A stretch of 64,000 bases of DNA from Bacteroidia bacterium (lineage in GTDB: Bacteria > Bacteroidota > Bacteroidia > UKL13-3): positions 102,244 through 166,243 of the forward strand of contig OZ257140.1 of NCBI GenBank assembly GCA_965279165.1, in the 5' to 3' direction. Positions within the stretch are counted from its first letter, which is position 1; every line of letters begins with the position of its first letter. A model generated the notes under the pieces. That model was not told where the DNA came from and ran no database searches. It worked only from the letters and a program-made list of their open reading frames with translations. The translations under genes were made by a program, and so were the position numbers. Shown here in pieces: positions 1-10,025 of this stretch.

Positions 1-2
1 AC

Positions 3-2108
3 AGTACAACAGATTCCATATTGTTTAGTTACAACGACACGCTTTTAACCCTAAATCTAGAACACTCTTTAATGCAAAATGATAGCATGCTGGTATATAT
101 CGATTACAGCGGCAACCCGGTGATGGATGCAAAGTGGGGTGGTTTTTATTTTAGTGGCAATTATGCTTTTAATATGGGAGTAGGCTTTCAGTCTATTCCA
201 CATAATTTTGGCCGGTGCTGGTTTCCTTGCGTTGATAACTTCACCATGAAATCGACTTATTCTTTTCATGTTAGAACCGATAGCAGTTGGAAGGCCATTT
301 GCAATGGTTTAATGCTTCCATCCCAACCCCATATCGATGGAAGCATTACATGGAATTGGCAGCAAAATCAACCCATTCCAACGTATCTGGCATCGGTTGC
401 AATTGGTAAATATGAAATTATTAAGTCGGAATATGTCGGTATAAACAGAACTATTCCTGTTTGGATTGCAACCGAAGCAAAGGATACCGCTAATACAAAA
501 TTGTCGATGAAGAAATTGCCTGATGCCATAAGGTGTTTTGAAGAAAAATTCGGTGCCTATCCATTCGACAGGGTTGGATTTGTTGGCGTACCGTTTGGTT
601 CGGGAGCAATGGAGCATGCAGCAAATATTGCATACCCGTTGTATGCACTCGATGGAACAACCAACAACGAAACTTTATTTGCACATGAACTGTCGCATAT
701 GTGGTGGGGCAATCTGGTTACCTGTAAAACAGATGCTGACATGTGGTTAAATGAAGGATGGGCTAGTTTCTGCGAATCCTTGTTTCTTGAATTTGTTTAT
801 GGAAAAGAAGCCTATAATGCTGATATTAAAACAAAATTGGATTATGTATTATTAAATGCGGCTAAAAGAGACTCCGGCTTTTATCCTGTTTCAGGAATTC
901 CGAAAAACATCACGTATGGAACGCATGTATACGATAAAGGTGCGCTTGTAGTGCATTCCTTACGCTCGTTTATGGGAGACTCGGTCTTTTTTGATGCATG
1001 TAAACAGTACCTTAAACAATTTCCATATGGCAACGGAACTTCGGAAGATATGCTCCAGGAATTTCAGAAGTTTACCGGTAAAGATTTAAGTAATTTTTTT
1101 CAAGGTTGGGTTTACGAAAAAGGATTTGAAAGTATTTTCCTTAAGCAGGTTTCTGTAGTCAATAGAGTTGTATCATTAACCTTAAACAAATTAATTCGTT
1201 ACCGATCATACCCAACAAGTGAAATATCTGTTCAGGTCGATCTTTATGCATTGAATGGTGCTCAACAAACGGAATTGCTACATCTTAACAAGGCCGAACA
1301 AACATTTGAAATTACCTTACATGGACAAATGAGGGATTTGGCTTATGTGGTTATTAATCCATCTAATTTAATGGCATTAGGTCGCACACAGGATAAACTT
1401 TCCATTAAAAGTAACGGGACTTATTTGTTAAAAAATCAATACACCACTATTACTGTTACCGCTTGTCCGGATAGTGCGCAATTGGTTAGTGAAATGCATT
1501 TAACCGAACCGACTCAGTCGGGTTTACGAGAGAAAGGAATCCGGATTTCCAAGGAACGTTTTTGGCATATGGATGGGCATTTACCCGAAAGCTTTAAGGC
1601 AAATTTGGCATTTGATTATGATGGTAGAAAATTTAGTTACCTGGATGAAGAATTGCTTTCAACCATGTCTACAGAAGATAGTTTGGTTTTACTTTATAAA
1701 TCCCACGACATGCAGGAATGGCAAATACACACGGACAATACGTATTTACCGGGTGCATCTAAAACAGATAAATCAGGTCGGTTTAAAGTAAACGAATTAA
1801 AGAAAGGCTTTTATGCTTTTGGATTAAGGGATTATAAAACAAGTGGCATACAATCGATTGACAAGAAAATTCCGAATGCAATTAACCTATATCCGAATCC
1901 GGCAAAAGACAAGGTGCAAATAAGTTTTGAAAAGGCATTTACCGGTAACTTAATCGTGTCGGATATACAAGGTAAAATTGTTTATCAAGAAATGTTGAAG
2001 CAAAGTAAAAATTTGGTTATAGATGTATCTGACTATCGAAAAGGTGTTTATTTTATTACTACAGATGCTAATTCGGGAAAAATAAGTACCCGATTCTTGG
2101 TTAAATAA
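3..2108 (+). CDS. M1-family zinc metallopeptidase (aminopeptidase N-like) with a C-terminal T9SS sorting domain. 5' partial: the frame is open to the window edge and the tool's start is a TTG.
   Basis: Contains a GAMEH (GAMEN-like) motif and HELSHMWWG...E (HEXXH-18-E). The C-terminal ~80 aa (NLYPNPAKDKV...GVYFITTD...K) matches the Por/T9SS CTD pattern. Confidence 0.8.
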   Translation, partial: STTDSILFSYNDTLLTLNLEHSLMQNDSMLVYIDYSGNPVMDAKWGGFYFSGNYAFNMGVGFQSIPHNFGRCWFPCVDNFTMKSTYSFHVRTDSSWKAICNGLMLPSQPHIDGSITWNWQQNQPIPTYLASVAIGKYEIIKSEYVGINRTIPVWIATEAKDTANTKLSMKKLPDAIRCFEEKFGAYPFDRVGFVGVPFGSGAMEHAANIAYPLYALDGTTNNETLFAHELSHMWWGNLVTCKTDADMWLNEGWASFCESLFLEFVYGKEAYNADIKTKLDYVLLNAAKRDSGFYPVSGIPKNITYGTHVYDKGALVVHSLRSFMGDSVFFDACKQYLKQFPYGNGTSEDMLQEFQKFTGKDLSNFFQGWVYEKGFESIFLKQVSVVNRVVSLTLNKLIRYRSYPTSEISVQVDLYALNGAQQTELLHLNKAEQTFEITLHGQMRDLAYVVINPSNLMALGRTQDKLSIKSNGTYLLKNQYTTITVTACPDSAQLVSEMHLTEPTQSGLREKGIRISKERFWHMDGHLPESFKANLAFDYDGRKFSYLDEELLSTMSTEDSLVLLYKSHDMQEWQIHTDNTYLPGASKTDKSGRFKVNELKKGFYAFGLRDYKTSGIQSIDKKIPNAINLYPNPAKDKVQISFEKAFTGNLIVSDIQGKIVYQEMLKQSKNLVIDVSDYRKGVYFITTDANSGKISTRFLVK

Positions 2109-2110
2109 AA

Positions 2111-3652
2111 TTAAATTCTTTCGCATGCTGCATAATCGCTATCCGACTTTATTTTCTGATTTGATTGTTTGCGGAAGTGAGAACCAAGACTTTCCACCCT
2201 TCGAATGGCATGATTTGCAATAGACAAGCCGGTTTCAACCCTGTATTGCAAAGACTGCAACTGTGGATGATGCGCAAATGGCTCTTGCAAACAAGAAATT
2301 TCGTGGTGTAAATGCTGAAGGGTTTTTCTGCCTCTTTCCATTTCTTGCGTGTTGCGAATAATTCCAAAATCGTTCCACATCGTGGATTTTATTTTATGCA
2401 TAATATCTTTAGCATACCAACTATAATCGTTGGTAGATAATACATGCTTTGGTTCAACATGCTTGTTCGGGTTAGGATTAATTTTTTGAACAAACGCTGC
2501 TACTCTTTTCGAAACGACCAATAATTCCATCAGCGAATTGCTGGCAAGTCGGTTGGCTCCATGCAAACCTGTTCCTGCCACTTCTCCGATTGCAAACAAA
2601 TTCGCAACAGCAGTTTTACCATGGGTATCGGTTTCGATACCACCACAAACATAGTGTGCTGCGGGAGCTACCGCTACCCTTCTTTGTATATGATTTGGTA
2701 ACGACTTCAAAATCGGAAATAACGCCGGAAAATGTTTTTTAATGGAAACATCTGCAAGTGATGAATAATCCAACCAAAGAAAATTACTATCCTGTGATTG
2801 CATGACCGACTTCATATTCCTACTGATAATATCCCTCGGCGCCAAACTTCCAAGTGGATGAATCTTATCCATGAATGCATTGTTTTGGGTATCTCTTAAT
2901 ATGGCGCCGGCACCTCTAAATGCTTCTGTTACGAGAAAATGTTGGTTCTGGTTTTTTAAATCGATAGCTGTTGGATGGAATTGAATAAACTCCATGTCTC
3001 TTAATTTTGCACCGGCCCTAGCTGCAATTGCATGTCCTTCCCCGTTGGCGAATGGAGCATTGGTATGGTTGGCATATAAGGACGCACAACCTCCAGTTGC
3101 CAGAACAACAGCATCGCTTAATATCACTTTATATTTATGGTTATTCCGGTTAAATACTTCTACTCCAAAACAACTATTTGATTCAACCAGCAATTCCATC
3201 AAGGTATGATGAAATAGAAAACGGATATTTGGTTTTACTGCCACCAATTGATGCAATTGTTGCATGATTGCATTTCCCGTTTTATCGCCGATATGCAGGA
3301 TTCTTGACTTGTTATGTCCGCCTTCCAAGGCCAAATGAGAATCAAATTGTAAACCTTTCTGTTTAAGTGATGTGATAGTTGGAATAGCTGCAGCAATAAT
3401 ATCTTCTACAACTTTTTGATTTGCATGACCATTTCCGGCAATCATGGTATCCAAAACATGTTGATGAATATCCTTATCATCCACCGGAATTGCAATACCA
3501 CCTTTAGCCAAATAGCTGTTGCATTGGGTTTTGGTTCCGGTTGATAAGATAGTTAAGTCGATATCGTCGGGCAGATGCAACGCTAGATTTAATGCTGCCA
3601 TCCCACTGCCAATACAAATTATATGTAAGCGATTTTTGTTGATTAATTCCAT
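2111..3652 (-). CDS. nadB: L-aspartate oxidase
   Basis: 513 aa. N-terminal FAD-binding GxGxAA-type motif (IICIGSGMAALNLAL) and flavoprotein oxidase/succinate-DH family signatures. Adjacent to nadA. Confidence 0.85.
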   Translation of the reverse strand: MELINKNRLHIICIGSGMAALNLALHLPDDIDLTILSTGTKTQCNSYLAKGGIAIPVDDKDIHQHVLDTMIAGNGHANQKVVEDIIAAAIPTITSLKQKGLQFDSHLALEGGHNKSRILHIGDKTGNAIMQQLHQLVAVKPNIRFLFHHTLMELLVESNSCFGVEVFNRNNHKYKVILSDAVVLATGGCASLYANHTNAPFANGEGHAIAARAGAKLRDMEFIQFHPTAIDLKNQNQHFLVTEAFRGAGAILRDTQNNAFMDKIHPLGSLAPRDIISRNMKSVMQSQDSNFLWLDYSSLADVSIKKHFPALFPILKSLPNHIQRRVAVAPAAHYVCGGIETDTHGKTAVANLFAIGEVAGTGLHGANRLASNSLMELLVVSKRVAAFVQKINPNPNKHVEPKHVLSTNDYSWYAKDIMHKIKSTMWNDFGIIRNTQEMERGRKTLQHLHHEISCLQEPFAHHPQLQSLQYRVETGLSIANHAIRRVESLGSHFRKQSNQKIKSDSDYAACERI

Positions 3653-3656
3653 CGGT

Positions 3657-4613
3657 TTATTGAATGGCCAACATGTTTAACACCGGCTTTTTCGCTTTTT
3701 CAATCAGGTTGTTATCCAATGTTATTCTATATTTATTCTGGTAAACCGTTCCTATACTTTCAATTGCCAGCAAGGCCTTCTCAAGGGTATTTTGTTTCAT
3801 GTACTTGCATTTGATGCAAGGGGTTATAAATTCCTTATCGGCATTCAATCGTTTCAGAGAAAAACCTAAGTCGCATTCGGAGGCAAGCAAAAACTTTTTT
3901 GCCCGACTATGTTTTACATAATCGAGAATATCGCCTGTGCTTCCAACAATTCCTTTATGTGTTGCCAATTGGGTATTTACCGTTTCGCCCGGTACTTCCC
4001 AATGCATTAATACCTCTGTATCCGCATCGGCATGTACCATTTCATTTTTAAATTGCTCGTGCACTTCACAGGTTCCATGCCATAATATTAAATGTTTGCC
4101 ACAATCTTCTTTCACTGCCTTTTGTAGGTTTTGCCCCATGTGAAAATCCGGCACAAACAAGATGGTATCACCCGGCAAGGAACGTGCAATTTTTAATGCA
4201 TTTCGGGAAGTGCAACAGATATCCAATTCGGCTTTGGTTTCAGCATTGGTATTGATATACCCCATCACCGGTAAGCCGGGATATTCTTCTTTAAGTGCTA
4301 TGATATCGTCGCCGGTTATGCTCGCCGCCAGCGAACAACCGGCTTCGGGATCAGGCATAAACACTTGTTTTTCAGGATTCACCAGTAGGGCAGTTTCGGC
4401 CATAAACCTCACCCCGCAAAATAGAATATTACGAGCGGTTGTTTTTTGTGCTTCTAAACTTAATCCGAGCGAATCTCCTACATAATCCGCTATTCCACCA
4501 TCAGCAACCAATATTTGTAACTCTTCCGGCATATAATAATGGGCCAGAATAACTATATCTTTTTCTTTCTTTAATTGTTGTATTCGCTTAAAAGTTTCCA
4601 GTCGATTATTCAT
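3657..4613 (-). CDS. nadA: Quinolinate synthase A
   Basis: 318 aa with typical NadA length and motifs (ILAHYYM, conserved Cys ligands). Forms a nadA-nadB operon. Confidence 0.85.
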   Translation of the reverse strand: MNNRLETFKRIQQLKKEKDIVILAHYYMPEELQILVADGGIADYVGDSLGLSLEAQKTTARNILFCGVRFMAETALLVNPEKQVFMPDPEAGCSLAASITGDDIIALKEEYPGLPVMGYINTNAETKAELDICCTSRNALKIARSLPGDTILFVPDFHMGQNLQKAVKEDCGKHLILWHGTCEVHEQFKNEMVHADADTEVLMHWEVPGETVNTQLATHKGIVGSTGDILDYVKHSRAKKFLLASECDLGFSLKRLNADKEFITPCIKCKYMKQNTLEKALLAIESIGTVYQNKYRITLDNNLIEKAKKPVLNMLAIQ

Positions 4614-4836
4614 GCTACAAAAGTTGGTATACCTTATTAATATTGCGTGTGATACTTCTCATTTAACCGATTGATTTAAATCAACCGGATTAGTGGTATC
4701 GCTATACGGCATGGTAATCATCCATAGGTTAACGGAATGAAAAATCACCAAACTTTACATATTTTATAAAAAAGGCTTTTAAAGCCCGATGCCTTTTATA
4801 GATTTGCGCTCGCTTAAAAATAAGACAGAATTATAT

Positions 4837-5754
4837 ATGAAAAACATTACGGTTATTGGATCCGGAACCATGGGAAATGGAATTGCACACGTATTTGCGC
4901 AAAACGGATACCTTGTTTCTTTGGTAGATGTAAACGAAGCAGCTTTAAAGAAGGCAATCGACACCATAGGCAAGAACCTCGACAGGCAGGTGGCAAAAGG
5001 GTCGCTGACAGAAGCTGACAAAGCAAAAACACTTGGTAATATCCACACTTTTACCCAATTAAAAGATGGGGTTTCGCAAGCAGATTTAGTAATAGAAGCT
5101 GCCACCGAAAACATGGCCATAAAATTGGATATTTTCCGTCAGATTGATGAAATGGCTCCTGCCAATGCTATCCTGGCATCCAATACTTCTTCCATTTCCA
5201 TTACAAAAATCGCCTCTGTAACCAAACGCGCCGAAAAAGTGATTGGTATGCATTTTATGAACCCGGTACCGGTAATGAAACTGGTAGAAGTAATTAATGG
5301 GTATAAAACTTCTGCTGAAGTTACCAATCAGATACTGGCTTTAAGCAAACAAATAGGCAAAGTTCCGGCTGCTTCTAATGATTACCCTGGTTTTATCGCA
5401 AACCGTATTTTGATGCCAATGATCAATGAGGCTATTATATCGCTTCACGAAGGTGTTGGTGGTGTTGAAGAAATTGATACCGTGATGAAGTTAGGTATGG
5501 CTCATCCCATGGGACCTTTACAATTAGCTGATTTTATAGGCCTAGATGTGTGCCTGGCAATATTAAACGTATTGCACGATGGATTTGGGAATCCAAAATA
5601 TGCACCCTGCCCGTTATTGGTAAATATGGTTACTGCAGGTAATTTAGGTGTTAAATCGGGCGAAGGCTTTTATAAATACACTGCAGGATCAAAAGACCTC
5701 GTTGTTTCAGCTCAATTTAAAGAAATTGGCGCAGGCTCCACACAAACTGCTTAA
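4837..5754 (+). CDS. hbd: 3-hydroxyacyl/3-hydroxybutyryl-CoA dehydrogenase. Start moved to the internal ATG giving MKNITVIGSGTMGNG.
   Basis: NAD-binding Rossmann motif VIGSGTMGNGIA at the N-terminus and 3HCDH family C-terminal domain. The tool's ORF begins 16 codons upstream. Confidence 0.75.
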   Translation: MKNITVIGSGTMGNGIAHVFAQNGYLVSLVDVNEAALKKAIDTIGKNLDRQVAKGSLTEADKAKTLGNIHTFTQLKDGVSQADLVIEAATENMAIKLDIFRQIDEMAPANAILASNTSSISITKIASVTKRAEKVIGMHFMNPVPVMKLVEVINGYKTSAEVTNQILALSKQIGKVPAASNDYPGFIANRILMPMINEAIISLHEGVGGVEEIDTVMKLGMAHPMGPLQLADFIGLDVCLAILNVLHDGFGNPKYAPCPLLVNMVTAGNLGVKSGEGFYKYTAGSKDLVVSAQFKEIGAGSTQTA

Positions 5755-5776
5755 TTAAACTTTAATAACAATCTTT

Positions 5777-5802
5777 TAAAAGCCCTTAACGGGCTTTTTT
5801 TT
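5777..5802 (+). terminator. Rho-independent terminator after hbd
   Basis: Hairpin AGCCCttaacGGGCT followed by T8. Confidence 0.6.
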
Positions 5803-5900
5803 ATGCTGTCATATTGGCAAAAACCAACTCCTTAATCAAATTGCTTGTCAATTGGGATTTATCATATTATATACAATATCAATGTGATATGCAATACTAA

Positions 5901-6359
5901 TTAATCCAATACTTTAATTCTTATTGCCTCTTTTATCTCTTCCAATTTCCTTTTTATCTCCAATAATTTACCTCCTGAATGGTTCAATTGCAAATCCATC
6001 TCTTGCAAATGTAACACTTCATCAAGTAGCAGTTTATGGTAACTAATAACCGTTTCTATTGATTCTATTGGATTGGATATCTGCTCGTTAAGTTGGTTAA
6101 TGAGGGCTAATTCCATGGAAAGATCCATCACTTTAGGTTTCTCCCGGTACATTTCACCCAAACCATTGATTAGCCAATCCGGATTCAAGGTTTTAAAGGT
6201 AACCAGCAGCTTTTGTATCAGGTCGAGCCCCGGTTTATTGCGCCCCGACGTAATATGGGTGATTAAAGGGAGCGACACTTCCAATTCGCGGGCAAAGGTG
6301 GATTTACTGTGGCCTGATTTGACCATAAATTCAATTATACGTTTGTTAATCTCGTCCAT
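5901..6359 (-). CDS. Helix-turn-helix (XRE-like) domain protein with a C-terminal coiled coil
   Basis: N-terminal HTH-like segment (SKSTFARELEVSLPLITHITSG) and a Leu/Glu-rich heptad-like C-terminus. 152 aa. Confidence 0.5.
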   Translation of the reverse strand: MDEINKRIIEFMVKSGHSKSTFARELEVSLPLITHITSGRNKPGLDLIQKLLVTFKTLNPDWLINGLGEMYREKPKVMDLSMELALINQLNEQISNPIESIETVISYHKLLLDEVLHLQEMDLQLNHSGGKLLEIKRKLEEIKEAIRIKVLD

Positions 6360-6563
6360 ATCAGTGTTTACTGGTTAATTCACAAATGTAAACTCGCTTG
6401 TTTACATTTGTATTGCTAGGTTAACAAAAGTTATCTACAGTAATAACAATTGTTAATTTTGATGATAAAGCAATACTTCATATCGTTTATCGTATACTAT
6501 TGTATATTAGTTAGTTATAATAATTAAATTTAGCTAAGTTTACACCAGTAAAATCATATACAT

Positions 6564-7157
6564 TTGTGCTTTACAATTGTGCTATCTGCATTATTGGCAG
6601 AATTACCCCCTATTTTGTACTTTTGTTGGGTGGATATCAGAGAAACCTTATTGCAATCGCATAGTAAGTCAACCACAAACCGGGTAATATCCTTTGTAGG
6701 TGCTGATTCGGAGCGATTTACCACCTTAATTACGCTCTATATCGGTGGTGAATCCATTGTATCGCAGCGCGCTGCATGGCCAATAAGCTACCTGGTTATC
6801 GAGAATCCACACTTGATTGTCCCCTATTATCCAAAACTGATACGGTTTTTGTCCAAATCTGGCCTACATCCCGGTATTTACCGAAATGCGTTTCGGTTTC
6901 TTCAGTTTGTGGATGTTCCGGTGAAATATGAAGGAAAAGTACTTGAACTTGCCTTACGTTTCTTTAGAAACAAGCAACAACCGGTTGCCATACAAGCTTT
7001 TGCTTTAAGTACCGCGGTAAGAATTGCATTAAAATATCCTGAAATTGCAGCGGAGTTAATTGTTTTGATTCAGGAAGGTTTGCCTTTGATGGGAAAAGGT
7101 ATGCAAGCCAGGTCGCGCAAAGAATTCGTTAAGTTAAACAGGGTAATTAATCCATAA
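6564..7157 (+). CDS. Hypothetical protein, helical repeat (HEAT/AlkD-like?). Start uncertain: TTG in the tool's ORF.
   Basis: 197-aa ORF with no strong motif. The alpha-helical repeat character loosely resembles a DNA alkylation repair HEAT-like fold. Confidence 0.3.
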   Translation: MCFTIVLSALLAELPPILYFCWVDIRETLLQSHSKSTTNRVISFVGADSERFTTLITLYIGGESIVSQRAAWPISYLVIENPHLIVPYYPKLIRFLSKSGLHPGIYRNAFRFLQFVDVPVKYEGKVLELALRFFRNKQQPVAIQAFALSTAVRIALKYPEIAAELIVLIQEGLPLMGKGMQARSRKEFVKLNRVINP

Positions 7158-7551
7158 TAAACCTATCCCTCCATTCGGGTTTTGGTATAGGACAGGCATC
7201 CAGTTTGCCAAACCATTTATACCGATTGGTCGCAATAAAATCATAAACCACATTTCGAATAAAAGCCGGAATTATCCAAGCTATCAACAAAAGTTTCCAA
7301 CCCAAACCAAGCATCGACAGCGCATAAATTGCTGCTGTAGAGCGCTTGAACAGTTTATGATTATGGTATAAAATAAAGGAATCAAAAGCTATCTTCTCTC
7401 CCAGGATATCTTTGGCATATTGGGATTGTAGGGTGGCAAAACGAAATATTCCCTTTTTGTCGTGGCGAATGATAAAATGAACAGATCGATTGCATAACCC
7501 GCAGATTCCATCATAAAAAATTACCGGATTTGGCCTATTCATTCGATGCAA
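7147..7551 (-). CDS. DCC1-like thiol-disulfide oxidoreductase family protein (DUF393)
   Basis: N-terminal YDGICGLCN CxxC motif and ~130 aa length, typical of the DCC family. Confidence 0.6.
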   Translation of the reverse strand: MHRMNRPNPVIFYDGICGLCNRSVHFIIRHDKKGIFRFATLQSQYAKDILGEKIAFDSFILYHNHKLFKRSTAAIYALSMLGLGWKLLLIAWIIPAFIRNVVYDFIATNRYKWFGKLDACPIPKPEWRDRFIMD

Positions 7552-7608
7552 AGGTAGGATTTATATAATTCTGTTTACTGCTAGGTTGCAAAACCTTATT
7601 TTTGCAAA

Positions 7609-8955
7609 ATGGAATTAACTACGCTAACAGCAATTTCTCCTGTAGATGGCAGGTACCGCAAGCAAACCCTTTCCCTTGCAGCTTATTATTCGGAATTTGC
7701 TCTAATTCAATACCGGGTTTTGGTAGAGGTTGAATACTTGATCGCGTTGGCAGAAATTCCATTACCACCCTTAAAAGGAAAATTATCTGCAGCAAGTAAA
7801 CGAGAGTTACGGGCTATTTATGCCAGCTTTAGTGAGGCAGATGCCATACAGATCAAAGAAACTGAAAAGACCACCAACCACGATGTGAAGGCGGTAGAAT
7901 ATTTTGTAAAAGCAAAACTCGAGAATCTGGGGTTGGGCTCCATTACTGAATTCGTGCATTTCGGATTAACCTCTCAGGATATAAACAATACCGCCGTTCC
8001 TTTATTGATGAAGGACTCGTTGATACAAGTGGTATTACCACAACTGGAACAGATACTAATTCGGTTACGTAAGTTCTCAAAAGACTGGAAAAATATTCCA
8101 ATGCTGGCCCGAACACATGGTCAACCTGCTTCTCCTACCAAACTAGGTAAGGAAATGCAAGTATTTGTGGAGCGTTTGGAGAACCAGATATTTCAATTAA
8201 AAGGCATTCCTTTCTCGGCTAAGTTTGGTGGAGCAACAGGTAATTTCAATGCACACCATGTTGCTTATCCTAAAATTAATTGGGTAAATTTCTCTAATGA
8301 TTTGATGGATTCTTTAGGATTATCCCGTCTTCAATACACAACCCAAATTGAACATTACGACAATATGGGCGCCATGTTTGATGCCTTAAAAAGAATCAAT
8401 ACCATATTAATTGACTTCAGCAGAGACATGTGGCAATACATTTCCATGGATTATTTCAAACAGCAATTAAAGAAGGGAGAAATTGGATCATCCGCCATGC
8501 CTCATAAGGTTAATCCGATTGATTTTGAAAACGCAGAAGGTAATTTTGGGATTGCAAATGCCATTTTCGAACACCTTTCCGCTAAACTTCCCATCTCTCG
8601 GTTACAGCGCGATTTAACCGATTCGACCGTATTGCGTAATGTTGGCGTTCCTTTGGCACATACCTTAATTGCATACACTTCGCTTACCAAAGGTATGGAC
8701 AAGGTGATATTACATCCTGAAAAACTTGCTGAAGACCTAGAAAATAATTGGGCTGTTGTTGCCGAAGCCATACAAACCATTTTAAGAACGGAGGGATATC
8801 CTAAACCATACGAGGCTTTAAAGGATTTGACACGTACAAATGCTAAAATAAGTCAGAAAAGTTTGCATGCTTTTATCGATAAACTTAAAGTAAGTGCTAC
8901 AACCAAAACCCATTTGAAAAAGATTACACCGCATAATTATACTGGAGTGTATTGA
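7609..8955 (+). CDS. purB: Adenylosuccinate lyase
   Basis: 448 aa. N-terminus LTAISPVDGRY and fumarate-lyase family signature (GSSAMPHKVNP). Confidence 0.9.
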   Translation: MELTTLTAISPVDGRYRKQTLSLAAYYSEFALIQYRVLVEVEYLIALAEIPLPPLKGKLSAASKRELRAIYASFSEADAIQIKETEKTTNHDVKAVEYFVKAKLENLGLGSITEFVHFGLTSQDINNTAVPLLMKDSLIQVVLPQLEQILIRLRKFSKDWKNIPMLARTHGQPASPTKLGKEMQVFVERLENQIFQLKGIPFSAKFGGATGNFNAHHVAYPKINWVNFSNDLMDSLGLSRLQYTTQIEHYDNMGAMFDALKRINTILIDFSRDMWQYISMDYFKQQLKKGEIGSSAMPHKVNPIDFENAEGNFGIANAIFEHLSAKLPISRLQRDLTDSTVLRNVGVPLAHTLIAYTSLTKGMDKVILHPEKLAEDLENNWAVVAEAIQTILRTEGYPKPYEALKDLTRTNAKISQKSLHAFIDKLKVSATTKTHLKKITPHNYTGVY

Positions 8956-8960
8956 GGGAT

Positions 8961-8991
8961 TAGTAATTAGTAATTGGTAATTGGTAATTGG
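8961..8991. repeat. Heptamer microsatellite (TAGTAAT/TGGTAAT)x4 directly after the purB stop
   Basis: Direct read: tagtaat tagtaat tggtaat tggtaat tgg. Confidence 0.6.
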
Positions 8992-9000
8992 TTCACGTCG

Positions 9001-9272
9001 CGGGGTTTAATCCCTGGCGGGATTTGAATTCCTCCCATTTAATTTTACCGATATGTAATACCTAACGGGATTTGAATTGCTACATTTTATTTCTACCGTT
9101 GTTGAATCCCTGACGGGATTTGGATTGCTTACATATTATTTCTGTCGATATTTAATCCCTATAGGGATTTAAAATCTATCCATCAAACTCTACCGATATT
9201 GAATACCTGACGGGATTTGAACTCCTTCCATCTAATTCTACCGATATTAATCCCTAGCCGGATTTGTGTCAA
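9001..9272. repeat. Tandem array of ~48-bp units (6 copies), each with a palindromic core AATCCCTGACGGGATT
   Basis: Core copies at about 9008, 9059, 9103, 9152, 9200 and 9247, each preceded by ...CTACCGATATT and followed by TGAATT. Units are degenerate with no unique spacers. Confidence 0.7.
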
Positions 9273-9342
9273 GGAATCGCATGTAAGAATGCAATACTGA
9301 AGGTCAGTCATACCTAAACACCCAGTACTAAAACACTTAGTA

Positions 9343-9927
9343 CTAGAACTTCTTCGGCGGCATCGTTCCAAACACATAATCCCACAAAGGAGTTGAAACC
9401 CCATATGCTTTGTTCTCGTATGCCGGGTTATGGTGTTTTAAATGGTGTGCCCATAAAAATTTAATACCAGGGATAGGTTTCCATGCATGTACGATGTAAT
9501 GGATAAAAGTGTACACCATATATCCACTCACAAATCCTGCCATAAATGCATAAGTAAACCAATTAAATATCAGATACCAAAATCCACTAAAAATCAAGAG
9601 AATTATTATTCCGGGAACAGGTGGCATCATCAATCTTTCCTTGTCTCTAGGATATTCGTGATGTACACCATGAATGGTATATTGAAACTTGCTTTCTTTG
9701 ATATGAAATAAAAATCGGTGTAACAAATATTCCGTTAATGTCCATCCAAATGCCCCAATTATAAAGAACAAAGAAGTTGTAGCCAAAGGAACATGATTTT
9801 GGTATAGGAAGAAAACTATTGCACTTCCATAGGTAATAACATGAATAACCGGGTTGGTTCTCGTAAAAATTTCGAGGAAATTACTATCAAATATCTTACC
9901 CTGTCCTTCTTTTTTAACCTTTAACAT
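9343..9927 (-). CDS. Sterol desaturase / fatty-acid hydroxylase superfamily membrane protein
   Basis: Histidine boxes HRFLFH, HGVHHEYP and HHLKHH in a hydrophobic 194-aa protein. Confidence 0.65.
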   Translation of the reverse strand: MLKVKKEGQGKIFDSNFLEIFTRTNPVIHVITYGSAIVFFLYQNHVPLATTSLFFIIGAFGWTLTEYLLHRFLFHIKESKFQYTIHGVHHEYPRDKERLMMPPVPGIIILLIFSGFWYLIFNWFTYAFMAGFVSGYMVYTFIHYIVHAWKPIPGIKFLWAHHLKHHNPAYENKAYGVSTPLWDYVFGTMPPKKF

Positions 9928-10025
9928 AATCCGTTTTTTACTAATTTCTTTTTGGGTAATTGATTTTGACTTGTTTGCAAATCTAAGGAGAGATTTTATT
10001 TTTTCGGCTGATTTTAGTCAATAAA

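Noticed and set aside
69-3209. Multiple 60-110-aa antisense or out-of-frame ORFs inside the aminopeptidase and nadB genes. The same pattern recurs inside the korA, nuo, recN and aldehyde dehydrogenase genes.
   Set aside because: They are fully embedded in long ORFs that have strong family motifs. They are typical shadow ORFs.
8956-9300. Possible CRISPR array (regularly spaced repeats with a hairpin core)
   Set aside because: The units are degenerate rather than near-identical. The inter-core segments are short and similar to each other, so they are not unique spacers. The same motif recurs in inverted orientation at 18431-18852. No cas genes are nearby. This fits a tandem/dispersed palindromic repeat family better.
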